A stretch of DNA of 55,386 nt, from contig CAVCAF010000001.1 in the NCBI GenBank assembly GCA_963600185.1, forward strand, positions 1-55,386. The letters run 5' to 3'. A program made the position numbers and the translations under genes. This document shows, piece by piece, positions 54,960 through 55,386 of this stretch. The notes below the pieces were generated by a model, which saw only the letters and a program-made list of their open reading frames with translations, was not told the origin of the DNA and searched no databases. This DNA is from Azospirillum sp. 51_20. GTDB taxonomy: Bacteria > Verrucomicrobiota > Kiritimatiellia > RFP12 > UBA1067. Within the stretch, counting starts at the first letter, position 1. Each line of letters starts with the position of its first letter.

Positions 54960-55386
54960 AAACAATTGCTGCTCATTTGGACTCCATTGCCGCGCTCGCA
55001 CCAGTTTGGGGGCTCGTCTTTATTTTCGTTTTCATGACGATTGAATCAAGTTTTATCCCTTTCCCGAGCGAAGTCGTCATGATACCCGCGGGCTTTCTCG
55101 CCGCACGCGGTGAAATGGGGCTCTCAGCGTATCCTGCGCTCACAGCGTCCATTATTGTCGGTACGCTCGGTTCTATTGCGGGCGCGTATGTTAACTATGT
55201 GCTCGCTCTTTATATCGGCAAACCCTTTCTTGAGAAATACGGACGCTGGTTCTTCATTAAACCCGAAGCCCTCAATCGTGCCTGCGAAGTTTTTAACCAC
55301 TATGGCGCGGCGACGACTTTTGTTTGCCGCCTTGTGCCCGTTATTCGTCAATTGATTTCGCTTCCCGCGGGGCTCGCACGGATGCC
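54953..55386 (+). CDS. DedA/SNARE-associated family membrane protein (3' end off window)
   Basis: I translated the open frame from ATG 54953 by hand: MLETIAAHLD...ESSFIPFPSEVVMIPAGFLA...CRLVPVIRQLISLPAG. It is not in the ORF track because there is no stop within the window. Confidence 0.75.
   Translation, partial: MLETIAAHLDSIAALAPVWGLVFIFVFMTIESSFIPFPSEVVMIPAGFLAARGEMGLSAYPALTASIIVGTLGSIAGAYVNYVLALYIGKPFLEKYGRWFFIKPEALNRACEVFNHYGAATTFVCRLVPVIRQLISLPAGLARM

Overview
This is a 55.4-kb chromosomal segment of a diderm-type bacterium. LpxL-family acyltransferase, LpoB-like lipoprotein and Mur/MraY homologues are present, but the phylum cannot be assigned from sequence alone. I call about 52 CDS. 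They are tightly packed, often with ATGA/GTGA stop-start overlaps, and all but two lie on the + strand. Most are housekeeping genes: ligA, parB, pgi, adk, map, hrpB, ridA, dnaX, argF, argH, tatD, truA, rsmE, uvrD/pcrA, tadA, miaB, hom and lysC. There are also transporters and several glycosyltransferase and lipid genes. Two tRNAs are present, Thr-UGU and Val-GAC, each behind a near-consensus promoter. The motif TATGGTATAAT (extended -10) recurs in front of transcription units, and in several cases it sits only 7-10 nt from the ATG, implying leaderless mRNAs.

Four noncoding features are not explained by ordinary annotation:
- Two loci (about 10.6 kb and 40.0-40.25 kb) carry exactly 22-bp-periodic arrays of a 14-bp perfect palindrome, GAGACCGCGGTCTC, with variable 8-nt spacers. 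The two loci share 82 identical nt, and the second is fused to an array of TGTCTCGGGGTG units. Both lie just upstream of strong promoters.
- A promoter-to-terminator unit of about 275 nt (10.87-11.14 kb) looks like a structured ncRNA or leader.
- A 1.5-kb gene-free, structure-prone region (27.8-29.3 kb) contains tandem repeats, a T4G4-like G-run block, a long GT/CA-rich inverted repeat and about 110 nt of polypyrimidine. It lies upstream of tRNA-Val.
- REP-like hairpin repeats (CTGCCGCG-GAAA-CGCGGCAG) directly flank a three-gene glycosyl-modification module. They sit next to an unusually long RayT/IS200-like (HUH) protein with an extra C-terminal domain.

All functional calls are by-eye motif recognition. 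No database search was possible.
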